Virus genome (UHGV): UHGV-1366919
Strand: one strand, 5' to 3'
Origin: a virus
DNA length: 64,000 bases
This document shows positions 1 through 8,851 of this stretch, one piece after another. Made by a program: the position numbers and the translations under genes. Position 1 is the stretch's first letter. Every line of letters begins with the position of its first letter. The notes beneath the pieces were generated by a model. That model saw only the letters and a program-made list of their open reading frames with translations. It was not told the DNA's origin and searched no databases.

Positions 1-1
1 C

Positions 2-532
2 AATGGCCGATTCACTGTCTTCCGTGATACCCGTACGCCTGTTCAGAACAATTCCCGGATGAATAATTCCTGGGATACCCGTACGCCTGTTCAGAACAAT
101 TCCTGGATGAATGATTCCTGGGATAATCAAGGACAGTATACCGTTGGTGGAGAAGCTCGTACTCAGGGTATTCCGGACTTTGCTCTACTTGGCTATAAGG
201 GTAGTGAATACTGGGACGCAGGCATTCTGTTTTGTCCGTACATCCCAATACTCCTGCAAAGGGTTGTGGATCCTGTGTCGTTTGAACCTCAGGTTGGTTT
301 AATGACCCGATATGGTGTTGTTGATAACCTTTTTGGCGCCAATCTCTATTATCACGTCGTATTAATCGATACGCTCGGAAATAGCTTGCCGCCTTCTGGT
401 GCTCCTGCTAATAACTGGCCTGGAACGTTCCCGAATGGTTCTGCTCTTACTGATGTTCGTCAGCAAGGTGGTTATCCAGTTCAGGTTACCAACACTCCTG
501 AAAATCCGGTTAATACGAAGCCTATTGCTTAA
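2..532 (+). CDS. virion structural protein, C-terminal part (5'-truncated at window edge)
   Basis: Open frame runs in from position 2 with no stop. GC-richer, codon-biased coding. Tandem ~48-nt repeat (26-73/74-121) encodes DTRTPVQNNSWMN twice. Followed by a terminator. Confidence 0.4.
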   Translation, partial: NGRFTVFRDTRTPVQNNSRMNNSWDTRTPVQNNSWMNDSWDNQGQYTVGGEARTQGIPDFALLGYKGSEYWDAGILFCPYIPILLQRVVDPVSFEPQVGLMTRYGVVDNLFGANLYYHVVLIDTLGNSLPPSGAPANNWPGTFPNGSALTDVRQQGGYPVQVTNTPENPVNTKPIA

Positions 533-556
533 TAGGTTAAGTTAACCAAAACTTTA

Positions 557-597
557 AAAATCCCGATGAGATCAATTCTCATCGGGATTTTTATTTT
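557..597 (+). terminator. rho-independent terminator (stem aaaatcccgatgaga/tctcatcgggatttt + T-run)
   Basis: Perfect 15-bp stem then TTTTATTTT, directly after the stop of the first gene. Confidence 0.6.
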
Positions 598-673
598 ATA
601 CCTGTCCAAACCACCTATTATTTTTCAGACATTTATTAAATTAAAAAAAAAGAATTTAATTTTAATTTATAAA

Positions 674-901
674 ATGCCAAAGAAGCTTTCGCAAGAAGAA
701 TTTATTGAACGATGTAAAAAGAAACATAATAATTATTACAGTTATGATAAAACAGTTTATACTGGTATGAGCAATGATGACTATATTATTGTAACTTGCC
801 CTATTCATGGTGACTTTAAACAACTGGCTGCCGGACATATACGAGGAAAAGGCTGTAAAGATTGTGCCGGAACCATTACTAAAAATGTCTCAGAAAGATG
901 A
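674..901 (+). pseudogene. N-terminal fragment (one CxxH...GxGCxxC zinc-finger repeat unit) of a homing-endonuclease-like gene, cut by IS insertion
   Basis: MPKKLSQEEFIERCKKKHNNYYSYDKTVYTG...TCPIHGDF...GKGCKDCAG is the same repeat unit seen twice in ORF 2844-3530. Frame ends at a stop fused to the IS left-end hairpin. The listed ORF start at 566 overlaps the upstream terminator, so ATG 674 is the likely start. Confidence 0.5.
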
Positions 902-944
902 CACCTTTCAAGGTGTCGTATGAATGAGACTAGCAAAGCTCTGT

Positions 945-1442
945 TCATCCTTGATTTTCAATATATCTGGTTAAAGTTTCTTCGGAGACTTCACCAATAG
1001 AAGTACAGAAATATCCACGTGTCCATAAATAATGCTTTCCGCTCCAATAGAGACGTCTCATGTAGGAATTGTGTTTCTGCCACACATTGTATGTGGAGAC
1101 TTGCTTAAGTTTGTGGATAATGTCAAAGACACACACCTTGGGAGTGGCACGAATCAGAAAATGAATGTGGTCAGCCTTTTCTTTGTCTATCTCCATAACC
1201 TCAATCGACCAATCTTTCGTCATCGACGCCGCCTGTTCCATGCTGGACATGATCGTCTCGGCAATCGGATCGAGCAATCGCTTCCTGTATTTTGTGGACA
1301 ATATGATGTGATAACGAATCTTGAATTTCTCATGGTTGCATCTCTCGTATCGATTTTTCTTCACTACGTGTATATTTATTTTAGAATTTTGTGAAATTTC
1401 GGTACTTCTCGTACATGTACGTGTTAAATAAGAATAGAACAA
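945..1442 (-). CDS. tnpA: IS200-like Y1 (HUH) transposase TnpA
   Basis: 165 aa. HxH motif (HIHFLI) and C-terminal catalytic Tyr region (YNVW...WTRGYF) typical of IS200/IS605 TnpA. Confidence 0.85.
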   Translation of the reverse strand: MFYSYLTRTCTRSTEISQNSKINIHVVKKNRYERCNHEKFKIRYHIILSTKYRKRLLDPIAETIMSSMEQAASMTKDWSIEVMEIDKEKADHIHFLIRATPKVCVFDIIHKLKQVSTYNVWQKHNSYMRRLYWSGKHYLWTRGYFCTSIGEVSEETLTRYIENQG

Positions 1443-2741
1443 ATGGACGAAGAAAGACGTTTAGCAAAGAACAAGCTAATCTCCCTTCGAAAGAAGGAGA
1501 CGCTTCTTCGTCACGAAAACATGGTCACTAAGACCTATGAAGTCAAAATTCAAGAAAACAAGCTAAGGAAAAGACAACGCGAAGACATAGAGAGAATTTT
1601 CCTTGAGGCAAAGTGGTACAAGAACTATATTCTGAACTGGATGAACGAGAGCAAAGACAACAAACTCTCCAAATTCAACACAAAAATCACCCAGATAACC
1701 AAGAAGGACAAGGATATGAATGATGTCCAGGTGGAGATTAAGAGACTTCCTGCTCAATCTCGCCAATGCCTTGTTTCTCGCATGGTCGCTAACCTAAGGG
1801 CCATGGCGGCTCTCCGTAAGAAGGGTCTGCAAAAGCTGGGTAAATTAAAGTTTTCCAAAGAAGAAACCGCCATTGATTACAAACAGATCGGCAATAGCCA
1901 CAAAATCATCAACAAGAAACGCATTCGTTTGCAAGGCATCAAGGGTGAATTGTTGGTCAATGGGCTTGAGCAGTTTTATAATATCCCGGGTGTAGAGGTA
2001 GCCAACGCAAGATTGTTACACCGAGCAACGGGATATTTCGTACAATTTGTTTGTTTTCTCCCGAAGGCGTATTCTCAAGAAACGCCAGAAGCGGAGAAGA
2101 AAATAGTAGGGGTAGATTTCGGGTGTCAAACCGCATTCACGCTCTCAATGGGCGAGAAAATAACTGCCTCGGTTCCAGAAAGTGAGCGACTAAAGAAATT
2201 GCAACGTGATTTTTCGCGAAAGCAGAAAGGCTCAAAGAATCGAGAAAGAGCGGGATTGAAAGTCCGAAAGGAATACCAGAAGATAACCAACCGTAAAAAC
2301 GACATGGCTAACAAGATTGTTCACAACATGACTAAGAACAGCATCGTTGTTATTCAGGATGAACAACTCAAAGCGTGGCAATCGGGTAATCACAGCAAGG
2401 CTGTACAGTACAGTGTTTTGGGGCGAGTCAAAGCAAAGCTCAAACTACATAACAACGTTGTAATCTTGCCTAAGAATTATCCAACCACGAAGCTATGTAC
2501 AAACTGTGGCAAATGGCATGATGAACTAAAACTCTGGAATCGCACATTCAAGTGTAAGTGTGGTGTAGAGGAAGATCGTGACATTCATGCCGCGCAAAAC
2601 ATGGTTTGGTTGTATGAACACATTTATGTAGGTGCGGAACACACCAAACTTAAGCGTGTGGAGATGGAGTCCCTAGTTAAAGGAATTATCAATTCCGGAG
2701 ACCAAACTCTGTCGGCGAAGCATGAAGCTGCCATCCCTTAA
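1443..2741 (+). CDS. tnpB: TnpB (OrfB, RuvC-like RNA-guided nuclease family) of IS605-type element
   Basis: 432 aa. RuvC-I GVDFGC, C-terminal zinc finger CTNCG...CKCG and RuvC-III DRDIHAAQNM. Confidence 0.85.
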   Translation: MDEERRLAKNKLISLRKKETLLRHENMVTKTYEVKIQENKLRKRQREDIERIFLEAKWYKNYILNWMNESKDNKLSKFNTKITQITKKDKDMNDVQVEIKRLPAQSRQCLVSRMVANLRAMAALRKKGLQKLGKLKFSKEETAIDYKQIGNSHKIINKKRIRLQGIKGELLVNGLEQFYNIPGVEVANARLLHRATGYFVQFVCFLPKAYSQETPEAEKKIVGVDFGCQTAFTLSMGEKITASVPESERLKKLQRDFSRKQKGSKNRERAGLKVRKEYQKITNRKNDMANKIVHNMTKNSIVVIQDEQLKAWQSGNHSKAVQYSVLGRVKAKLKLHNNVVILPKNYPTTKLCTNCGKWHDELKLWNRTFKCKCGVEEDRDIHAAQNMVWLYEHIYVGAEHTKLKRVEMESLVKGIINSGDQTLSAKHEAAIP

Positions 2742-2843
2742 GGGTGGCGGTAGTTCACCAAAACTACTGAACAATTTATCATAGACGCCAGAAAAGTTCA
2801 TGGAGATGAATATGATTATTCAAAATCAAAATATATTAATGCA

Positions 2844-3530
2844 ATGACATATATTGAAATCATTTGTCGAAAACATGGTTCATTCTGGCAAAAACCTAAT
2901 ACTCATTTAATCGGCAAAGGATGTTTTGAATGTTATGGCTCTAAAATGCTAACACAGGAAGAGTTTATCAATCGCTGTATTGAAAAACATAATGGATTTT
3001 ATATCTATGACAAAACAATTTATACGGGTTGTAATTATACAATTACTATTACTTGTCCTGTCCATGGTGATTTTCAACAAAAAGCAGGAGCCCATTTATA
3101 CGGGCAAGGATGCAGTCAATGTGCTCATTTAATTTCTACTCAAGAGCTTGAACTTAGAGAATTTCTCGGAACAATTTATGAAAATGAAATGATTTTTAAT
3201 TCAAGGGCTTTTATTAAGCCTAAAGAATTAGACATTTATCTTCCTGATATAAAAACTGCCTTTGAATATAATGGGAATTATTGGCATGCTCTATATGAAG
3301 AAAATGATCCAGGGTACCATGACTATAAAAGGCAACTTTGTAAAAATGCCGGAATTACTTTAATTGAAGTATGGGGAAATGACTGGACTGAATTTAATAA
3401 AGAAACCAAAAATGAAATTAAAGATTTTTTCTCAGCAAAAAGGTTGAAAGAGTATAAGCATATACAGATAAGCAATGCCGAAGAAGCAAACATTAGAAGA
3501 ATTTATCAAGAAATCAAACATTGCCCATAA
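2844..3530 (+). CDS. homing-endonuclease-like protein, 3' part: two zinc-finger repeat units + Vsr/DUF559-like PD-(D/E)XK nuclease domain; frame is open upstream to ~2754 (gene disrupted by the IS)
   Basis: Repeats KHG.F...THL.GKGC.EC and KHNGFYIYDKTIYTG...CPVHGDFQQ...GQGCSQC. C-terminal ELDIYLPDIKTAFEYNGNYWH matches the DUF559/Vsr-like nuclease motif. Confidence 0.5.
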   Translation: MTYIEIICRKHGSFWQKPNTHLIGKGCFECYGSKMLTQEEFINRCIEKHNGFYIYDKTIYTGCNYTITITCPVHGDFQQKAGAHLYGQGCSQCAHLISTQELELREFLGTIYENEMIFNSRAFIKPKELDIYLPDIKTAFEYNGNYWHALYEENDPGYHDYKRQLCKNAGITLIEVWGNDWTEFNKETKNEIKDFFSAKRLKEYKHIQISNAEEANIRRIYQEIKHCP

Positions 3531-3643
3531 TTTCAAGTACAACTATGATACGTTTTTATTAACAAATATTAAACTTTATCAAGAATTATAATAAAATTTA
3601 TTTTTCTTCTTATTATAAGAACTAGGTTAAATACTTATAATAA

Positions 3644-4906
3644 ATGATAGTTCAAAGAACAGAGATACATATAATCAAAGAATCCAATCCTGTCTACAAT
3701 TGGATTTTAGAGGAATGTCTTCGTTCAAGAAATCTTTATAACAGAGTATTATATGTTTACCGTCAAGCCTTTACAGGGAAACACGATAATATTCCTGAGT
3801 TTAAAGATATAATAAATCATGATAAATTCATCGCTTCTTTTGCTCTTGTAAACAGACTAAATGAAATAAAAGATATTGATTTTTGCTCAATGATGAAGAA
3901 AAATGGAGCACAACAAATTGTGTTTCAAGTGGATAGAACAATGAAATCTTGGTTTGCTGCTCTTAAATCTTATAAGAGAGACTCGTCTAAATTCAGAGGT
4001 AGACCAAGAATTCCGTCTTATAAAAAGAAAGATGAGTTAAATTGTTTAACTTACACTACTGCTGACGCTAAATTACAAAAAGATGGAACTATTAACCTTA
4101 GACGCGATATTAAACTGCCGATTCATACAAATCTCTCCTCTTTCCAACAAGTTCGTTTAATACCTAAAACTGGTTATATTCAAGTAGAAATCATTTACAA
4201 TAAAGATATAAATGAAAATCACTTGGATCAAGCCAGAGCTATAGGAATTGATTTAGGATTGAATAATTTAATGGCTATAACTTCAAACATTGGTAATATA
4301 TCTAACCTTGTTAATGGTAGACCATTAAAATCTATAAATCAATACTATAACAAACATAAGGCTCATTTAATGAGTTTATTATTAAAAGGTAAATTGAAGA
4401 GTTCTAAGAGACTTAGACGATTGGAAATGAAGAGAATGATGAAAATCAAGGATTATCTTCATAAAACTTCAAGGAGAATCGTTGAACTAATGGAACAGAA
4501 TAATATAGGAACTTGTTTTATTGGTTATAATAAAGGATGGAAACAAGAAATTAATATTAGGAAGAAAAATAATCAAAACTTTGTTTCTATTCCTTATTCA
4601 TTACTAATAAACATGTTAAAATATAAGATAGAGGAAAAAGGAGGTCATTTAATTGAATTAAACGAGGCTTATACATCTAAATGCTCTTTCTTGGATAATG
4701 AAGAAGTCTGTAAACATGAAACTTATAAAGGAAAGAGAATAAAAAGAGGTTTATACCTGAGCAATAAAAAGAAAGTAATTAATGCTGATATAAATGGGTC
4801 ATTGAATATTCTTAAACGAGGAATGAAATTTGATTTTGATTTTAAAGATTGTTTCTTTAGACCAGAAAAAATAGATATACAAAAGAAACTCTTGAATTTT
4901 GCTTAA
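3644..4906 (+). CDS. tnpB: solo TnpB (IS1341-like OrfB)
   Basis: 420 aa. GIDLGLNNLMAIT (RuvC-I), zinc finger CSFLDNEEVC, NADINGSLNI (RuvC-III). Paralogous to 62559-63896. Confidence 0.8.
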   Translation: MIVQRTEIHIIKESNPVYNWILEECLRSRNLYNRVLYVYRQAFTGKHDNIPEFKDIINHDKFIASFALVNRLNEIKDIDFCSMMKKNGAQQIVFQVDRTMKSWFAALKSYKRDSSKFRGRPRIPSYKKKDELNCLTYTTADAKLQKDGTINLRRDIKLPIHTNLSSFQQVRLIPKTGYIQVEIIYNKDINENHLDQARAIGIDLGLNNLMAITSNIGNISNLVNGRPLKSINQYYNKHKAHLMSLLLKGKLKSSKRLRRLEMKRMMKIKDYLHKTSRRIVELMEQNNIGTCFIGYNKGWKQEINIRKKNNQNFVSIPYSLLINMLKYKIEEKGGHLIELNEAYTSKCSFLDNEEVCKHETYKGKRIKRGLYLSNKKKVINADINGSLNILKRGMKFDFDFKDCFFRPEKIDIQKKLLNFA

Positions 4907-5114
4907 TAAAATAAAGAGTAGAGGCTATAATGGTGTAGCCAATTATTAAACATAATAAACTAATTTTAATAATTTTTAATAAAATTAGAAACCATGACAA
5001 TTTGCTCATTTAATAGTAACTTTTTCAAATTCAAACCTGATTTTGATCTCGGATTCAAATATGAGTTTAAACTCGAATTCGAATTTTAAATTATTCATTA
5101 AAACAATTTAACCT

Positions 5115-5156
5115 TAAAAAGGCTTAGGCGGAAACTAATCTGCCTAAGCCTTTTTA
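5115..5156 (+). terminator. rho-independent terminator
   Basis: aggcttaggc / gcctaagcct stem then TTTTTATTTT. The 3' UTR here probably encodes the TnpB-associated omega RNA. Confidence 0.55.
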
Positions 5157-5210
5157 TTTTAAGCACATTTCAAGCATCTGCTTATCTAAAGTAATTTAAA
5201 TATTCGTATT

Positions 5211-6545
5211 ATGCAAAAAGATGTTACGCAAGGCAAAAGTTATTGCCTCACTGTTTATTCTGTACCATGTAAAGTAACAGCAATTGGTGAAAATAATATA
5301 GAATATACTCTTTTAAATGTTTCTGAAACTGGACAATATTTGTTTATTGCCCCTACTTGGAAAGTTAATATTTCTCAAGATGATGCATCTATTGTTGAAA
5401 CTTTTAATTTAGCCGGAACCGGTAAAGTTGGCGGATCTGGTTCCGGCTCTGACCCGACTTATGGATTATTAAAAATTATATTTGTCGATGCTCTTCCTCC
5501 TATTTCTGAAGCAAAAGAAAATACTTTATATTTTGTTCCCAAAGATGGTGCAGCCCCTGATAATTATGATGAATATATTTTTGACCCTGTTAATCAACAA
5601 TTTGAATTAGTAGGTCAAAGTGCTATCGATACATCTGATTTTGCAAAACTTTCCTCTACAAATATCTTTTTAGCTCCTAATACTTTTAATGAAATTATTA
5701 CTTTTAAAAAGGGCTTAAAAGTTTCAGAATCTGGACCTGTAATTACATCAAATGATACCACTCTTAATTTGCCAAACACTAGTACACCTTTATTAAAAGC
5801 ACAAGGTCTAATTTTAACTGGAGTAAGTACATTTAATAATGAAATAAGAGTTCCTACTATAGCTGGTTTAACTTCAACACCAATTAAGGTAACTAGTGCT
5901 GTTAATTTTAATAAACCGATTAAATTTAATGATACCATACGGGTTGAAACCGGGAAGATTGACCCCGGCAAGTTCGGCAACACCTGGACGTTCGGCTCCC
6001 TGATTGAGACGCCGACGACTGCCGACAACAACAATCACCGGCTAGCCTGCAAAACGACCATCGATAACGCAGCCTATATCCTCTACCACGAACGGGTGAT
6101 TAACGGGGTATGGACGAAAGCCTCGATTATCCTCGCCTGTCAGTTTGATTTTACCTGGCACAACGACGCTTCCATTCTTGTCAAAACCCCCACCAAAGCG
6201 GAACAGGCTGCCAATAAGAATTATGTAGATACCCAAATAAGTACAATTTCTCAGTTTGATTCTTCAAGTGATCAAACTATTTCCGGTACTTGGAAATTTT
6301 CTAAGCCTTTAAAAATTACAGAAGCACAACTTACAGATGAAGCTGTAAGTAAAGGTTATGTTGATGAGACAATTCAACAAAATCTCAATACAACATTAGA
6401 AGGTGTTATTAAGTTTGTTTCCATGACAAAAGCTGAATATAAAGCATTAGAAACAAAATCACCGTCAACCATTTATCATTTGACTGATGTTTCTATGTGG
6501 GCTATTGGTGACCAAGAGATTGTTACATCGAACATGCCTGCATAA
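5211..6545 (+). CDS. tail fiber-like protein
   Basis: 444 aa. Ser/Thr/Asn-rich with repeated xGYVDxxI / NKNYVDTQI motifs typical of phage fibers. Contains a ~300-bp GC-rich patch (see findings). Confidence 0.5.
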   Translation: MQKDVTQGKSYCLTVYSVPCKVTAIGENNIEYTLLNVSETGQYLFIAPTWKVNISQDDASIVETFNLAGTGKVGGSGSGSDPTYGLLKIIFVDALPPISEAKENTLYFVPKDGAAPDNYDEYIFDPVNQQFELVGQSAIDTSDFAKLSSTNIFLAPNTFNEIITFKKGLKVSESGPVITSNDTTLNLPNTSTPLLKAQGLILTGVSTFNNEIRVPTIAGLTSTPIKVTSAVNFNKPIKFNDTIRVETGKIDPGKFGNTWTFGSLIETPTTADNNNHRLACKTTIDNAAYILYHERVINGVWTKASIILACQFDFTWHNDASILVKTPTKAEQAANKNYVDTQISTISQFDSSSDQTISGTWKFSKPLKITEAQLTDEAVSKGYVDETIQQNLNTTLEGVIKFVSMTKAEYKALETKSPSTIYHLTDVSMWAIGDQEIVTSNMPA

Positions 6546-6597
6546 TAAAACAATTTAATTTTATAACTGTATGATGCTAATTTAAATAAAGGTAATT

Positions 6598-6906
6598 ATG
6601 GCTTTACCTCCAACATTTAAAGTAGATGTCTTTTCCGATGTAGGTTGGAAAACAAATCAATTTGCATTAATTGCAGAAGCTTCAACTTACGATGAAATGA
6701 AAGTTGCAATTACAAATAATGTAAAGGGAAAAAAGACAATCGATGAAACGCCTAAACCGGCTAGTCTTTCTCTTCGAGTACATTGTTATGATGGTGTTGC
6801 AACCTTTGATTTCGATCAAACTGATGAGGGAGCATTCACTTTAAAATTTTCTGTTTGGGCTGAAATCGGTTTTCAAGCAGAAATTACAACTTTAATTAAT
6901 TCTTAA
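6598..6906 (+). CDS. hypothetical protein
   Basis: ORF tightly packed after the fiber gene. Confidence 0.35.
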   Translation: MALPPTFKVDVFSDVGWKTNQFALIAEASTYDEMKVAITNNVKGKKTIDETPKPASLSLRVHCYDGVATFDFDQTDEGAFTLKFSVWAEIGFQAEITTLINS

Positions 6907-6907
6907 G

Positions 6908-7168
6908 ATGTCAGTTTCTGAAGATGAGTTATTGGGTAAATTTATCGATCGCTACATGAAAAAAGCGATCGATAATTTAATTTTTAAACTAGAATCCAAG
7001 TATAATGTTGAATTAAGTGAAAGTTCAACTTTAGAAGTTGTATTATTAAGTTCCGATTTTATTAATCGAATTTCTCAAGTAATTGAAAGTGAACAATTAA
7101 GAGAACCTGAAGCATTTGAGAATGAACCAAATGACCAATCTGGAAATTATCGATATAAAAAATACTAA
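6908..7168 (+). CDS. hypothetical protein
   Basis: ORF; stop/start overlap with neighbours. Confidence 0.35.
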   Translation: MSVSEDELLGKFIDRYMKKAIDNLIFKLESKYNVELSESSTLEVVLLSSDFINRISQVIESEQLREPEAFENEPNDQSGNYRYKKY

Positions 7169-7181
7169 TAAATATTAATTA

Positions 7182-7406
7182 ATGAATACTAATGGTTTAA
7201 GATTAGATGAGCATGGTCGAGTTGTTCTTTGCGGAGATAAGATTTGCTGTGCTAATTTAGAAAGATGTGGAGACGGTAGGTATAAACTTACCGATGACAA
7301 TGGTAATTTCTGCTATATTACTGCTCAAGAAGCTGCATTAATGGAAGCTGGAATTAAAGCTTGCGATAATCAACCCGTAGTTAAAGAACAACTTATTTTA
7401 GGCTAA
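7182..7406 (+). CDS. hypothetical Cys-rich small protein
   Basis: 74 aa with CGDKICCANLERCGDG. Confidence 0.3.
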   Translation: MNTNGLRLDEHGRVVLCGDKICCANLERCGDGRYKLTDDNGNFCYITAQEAALMEAGIKACDNQPVVKEQLILG

Positions 7407-7407
7407 T

Positions 7408-7737
7408 ATGTATTACGGTATTGATGGTCTTACTGAAATTATAGAAGAGATGCTTAATGATGAACCATCTCAAATGAGTGACACTGAATCTCTAGTTTAT
7501 AATTTTATTCAAAATCCTTATATAAGTCGGTTAGTTCGAAGTGGAGATGGCATTGAGATTAATAAATCTCCTGTTCGGGGAACTAATGTTGAAATGATTT
7601 TTAGATCTTTAAATTCCGACGGTAAAACAAAAATTAAAAAACGGGATATTGAGTATGCAGTTCTTGACTTATTGGCCGATGACAAAATCAAATTTGCCCG
7701 TATGAACGGCGGATTCTTTTTGGTTCCTCGAGAATAA
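7408..7737 (+). CDS. hypothetical protein
   Basis: ORF; ATGA overlap with next gene. Confidence 0.35.
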   Translation: MYYGIDGLTEIIEEMLNDEPSQMSDTESLVYNFIQNPYISRLVRSGDGIEINKSPVRGTNVEMIFRSLNSDGKTKIKKRDIEYAVLDLLADDKIKFARMNGGFFLVPRE

Positions 7738-8027
7738 TGACTGAATTTTTTGCAGCATTAGGTATAGCCTTAATTATTAAACAAGGACGAATCTTCAAAG
7801 AAGTTCGTTCTTTTTTAATTTCTAAATTTCCAATATTTCAAGATTTCTTTTCTTGCTTAATGTGTATTGGATTTTGGACTGGCTTATTTGTTGGAATCAT
7901 TACTGAAAAGTCTTTAATAGATTTAATACTATTCAGCTTTTCTTGCTCATTTTTTGGGCTAATATTTCAAACAATTTTGACTTTCCTTGAAAAGATATTT
8001 TTAAAATACTTTAAAGATATTTCTTAG
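7737..8027 (+). CDS. small membrane protein (3 predicted TM helices)
   Basis: Hydrophobic stretches ALGIALIIK, CLMCIGFWTGLFVGII, LILFSFSCSFFGLIF. Confidence 0.35.
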   Translation: MTEFFAALGIALIIKQGRIFKEVRSFLISKFPIFQDFFSCLMCIGFWTGLFVGIITEKSLIDLILFSFSCSFFGLIFQTILTFLEKIFLKYFKDIS

Positions 8028-8156
8028 ATTAGAATAAAATGAAAGTGGTTAACTCTATTAAATGTAAATTTAATCTTATAAATCAAATTTAGAAAATTGG
8101 AGTTAATCTTTCAAAATCACCTCAACTTTTTAAGAATAAAACCAATATTAAAGAAA

Positions 8157-8336
8157 ATGGACTTTTTTAATAAGTGTTCTTGTAATCCTCGGACTGTTAC
8201 TAAATGGACAGTTTATAAAGAAGGTTCTTATTTCATTTATAAATGTACTGAATGTGGAAACTCCTTTAAACGTCCAGTTAATTGGGAAACAATCCAGAAG
8301 GATAAAATGAAAAATTTAATGAAGCATGGAAGATAA
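8157..8336 (+). CDS. small zinc-ribbon protein
   Basis: CSCN...CTECGNSF. Start moved to ATG 8157 because the CACCT promoter-like motif lies at 8115-8126 inside the listed ORF. Confidence 0.3.
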   Translation: MDFFNKCSCNPRTVTKWTVYKEGSYFIYKCTECGNSFKRPVNWETIQKDKMKNLMKHGR

Positions 8337-8712
8337 AAAAACTTTAAAGGTTAAATGTTTTATTACCGGAGAAGAAAGTATTTTTTCTGGTGATTATTTG
8401 AATAAACTTATTGAAAGATATGGTTCAAGAGAAAATATTTTAAAATATTACATTACATATCGAGCTAAGAATTTCCTTTTTAAAGGATATACAATTCCAG
8501 AAATCAGGAAAATTCTTCTTTTAAAGAAGACTGAACTTGAAGATCCTTCTTCTCCTAAAGGAATCGAATTAATAAAATATTGGCAAGACCAGAAAAATCT
8601 CAAGGTTAAGTATAAAATGAAAGATCAAAAAGATAATGTTTCTTTCATTAAAACTGATCCGGAAGTAAAAGATTTTATTAACAATTGGATTAAATCTAAA
8701 AAAATAGAATAA
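8326..8712 (+). CDS. hypothetical protein
   Basis: 128-aa ORF. Confidence 0.35.
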   Translation: MEDKKTLKVKCFITGEESIFSGDYLNKLIERYGSRENILKYYITYRAKNFLFKGYTIPEIRKILLLKKTELEDPSSPKGIELIKYWQDQKNLKVKYKMKDQKDNVSFIKTDPEVKDFINNWIKSKKIE

Positions 8713-8851
8713 AAAATTAAAATTTTATCACTGATTTATTATCAATAATTTTTTAATTTATATACATTTTTAAAATTGATAAGTCCCTTAAAATAAGGGA
8801 CTTATCAATTTTTAATTTGAAAAAATTTTATACATAAATACAAAATACACT

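Larger units (their letters stand above)
890..2756. mobile_element. IS200/IS605-family insertion sequence (divergent tnpA/tnpB), inserted into homing-endonuclease-like gene
   Basis: Y1 transposase plus TnpB back-to-back. Left-end hairpin gacacctttcaaggtgtc (899-916), right-end palindrome cccttaaggg (2735-2744). Host-gene reading frame resumes at ~2754 (FTKTTEQFIIDARKVHG...). Ends approximate. Confidence 0.7.

Noticed and set aside
12-248. ORF 12-248 (-)
   Set aside because: Antisense to the well-biased plus-strand structural gene that runs off the window start.
566-673. N-terminal extension of ORF 566-901 (MRSILIGIFILYL...)
   Set aside because: This part is the translation of the upstream terminator hairpin and T-run; the real start is more likely ATG 674.
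5936-6232. Definitive DGR variable region
   Set aside because: No reverse transcriptase or template repeat is present in this window and the patch is mid-gene rather than at the 3' end; kept only as a hypothesis in findings.
5615-6236. Antisense ORFs inside the tail fiber gene (5615-6034, 6042-6236), inside nrdD (8812-9030, 11249-11512), tnpA/tnpB (1032-1394, 1563-1766, 2126-2314), NAMPT (39032-39268 and others) and other long genes
   Set aside because: Fully nested on the opposite strand of well-supported genes, low-complexity translations; typical spurious ORFs of AT-rich DNA.
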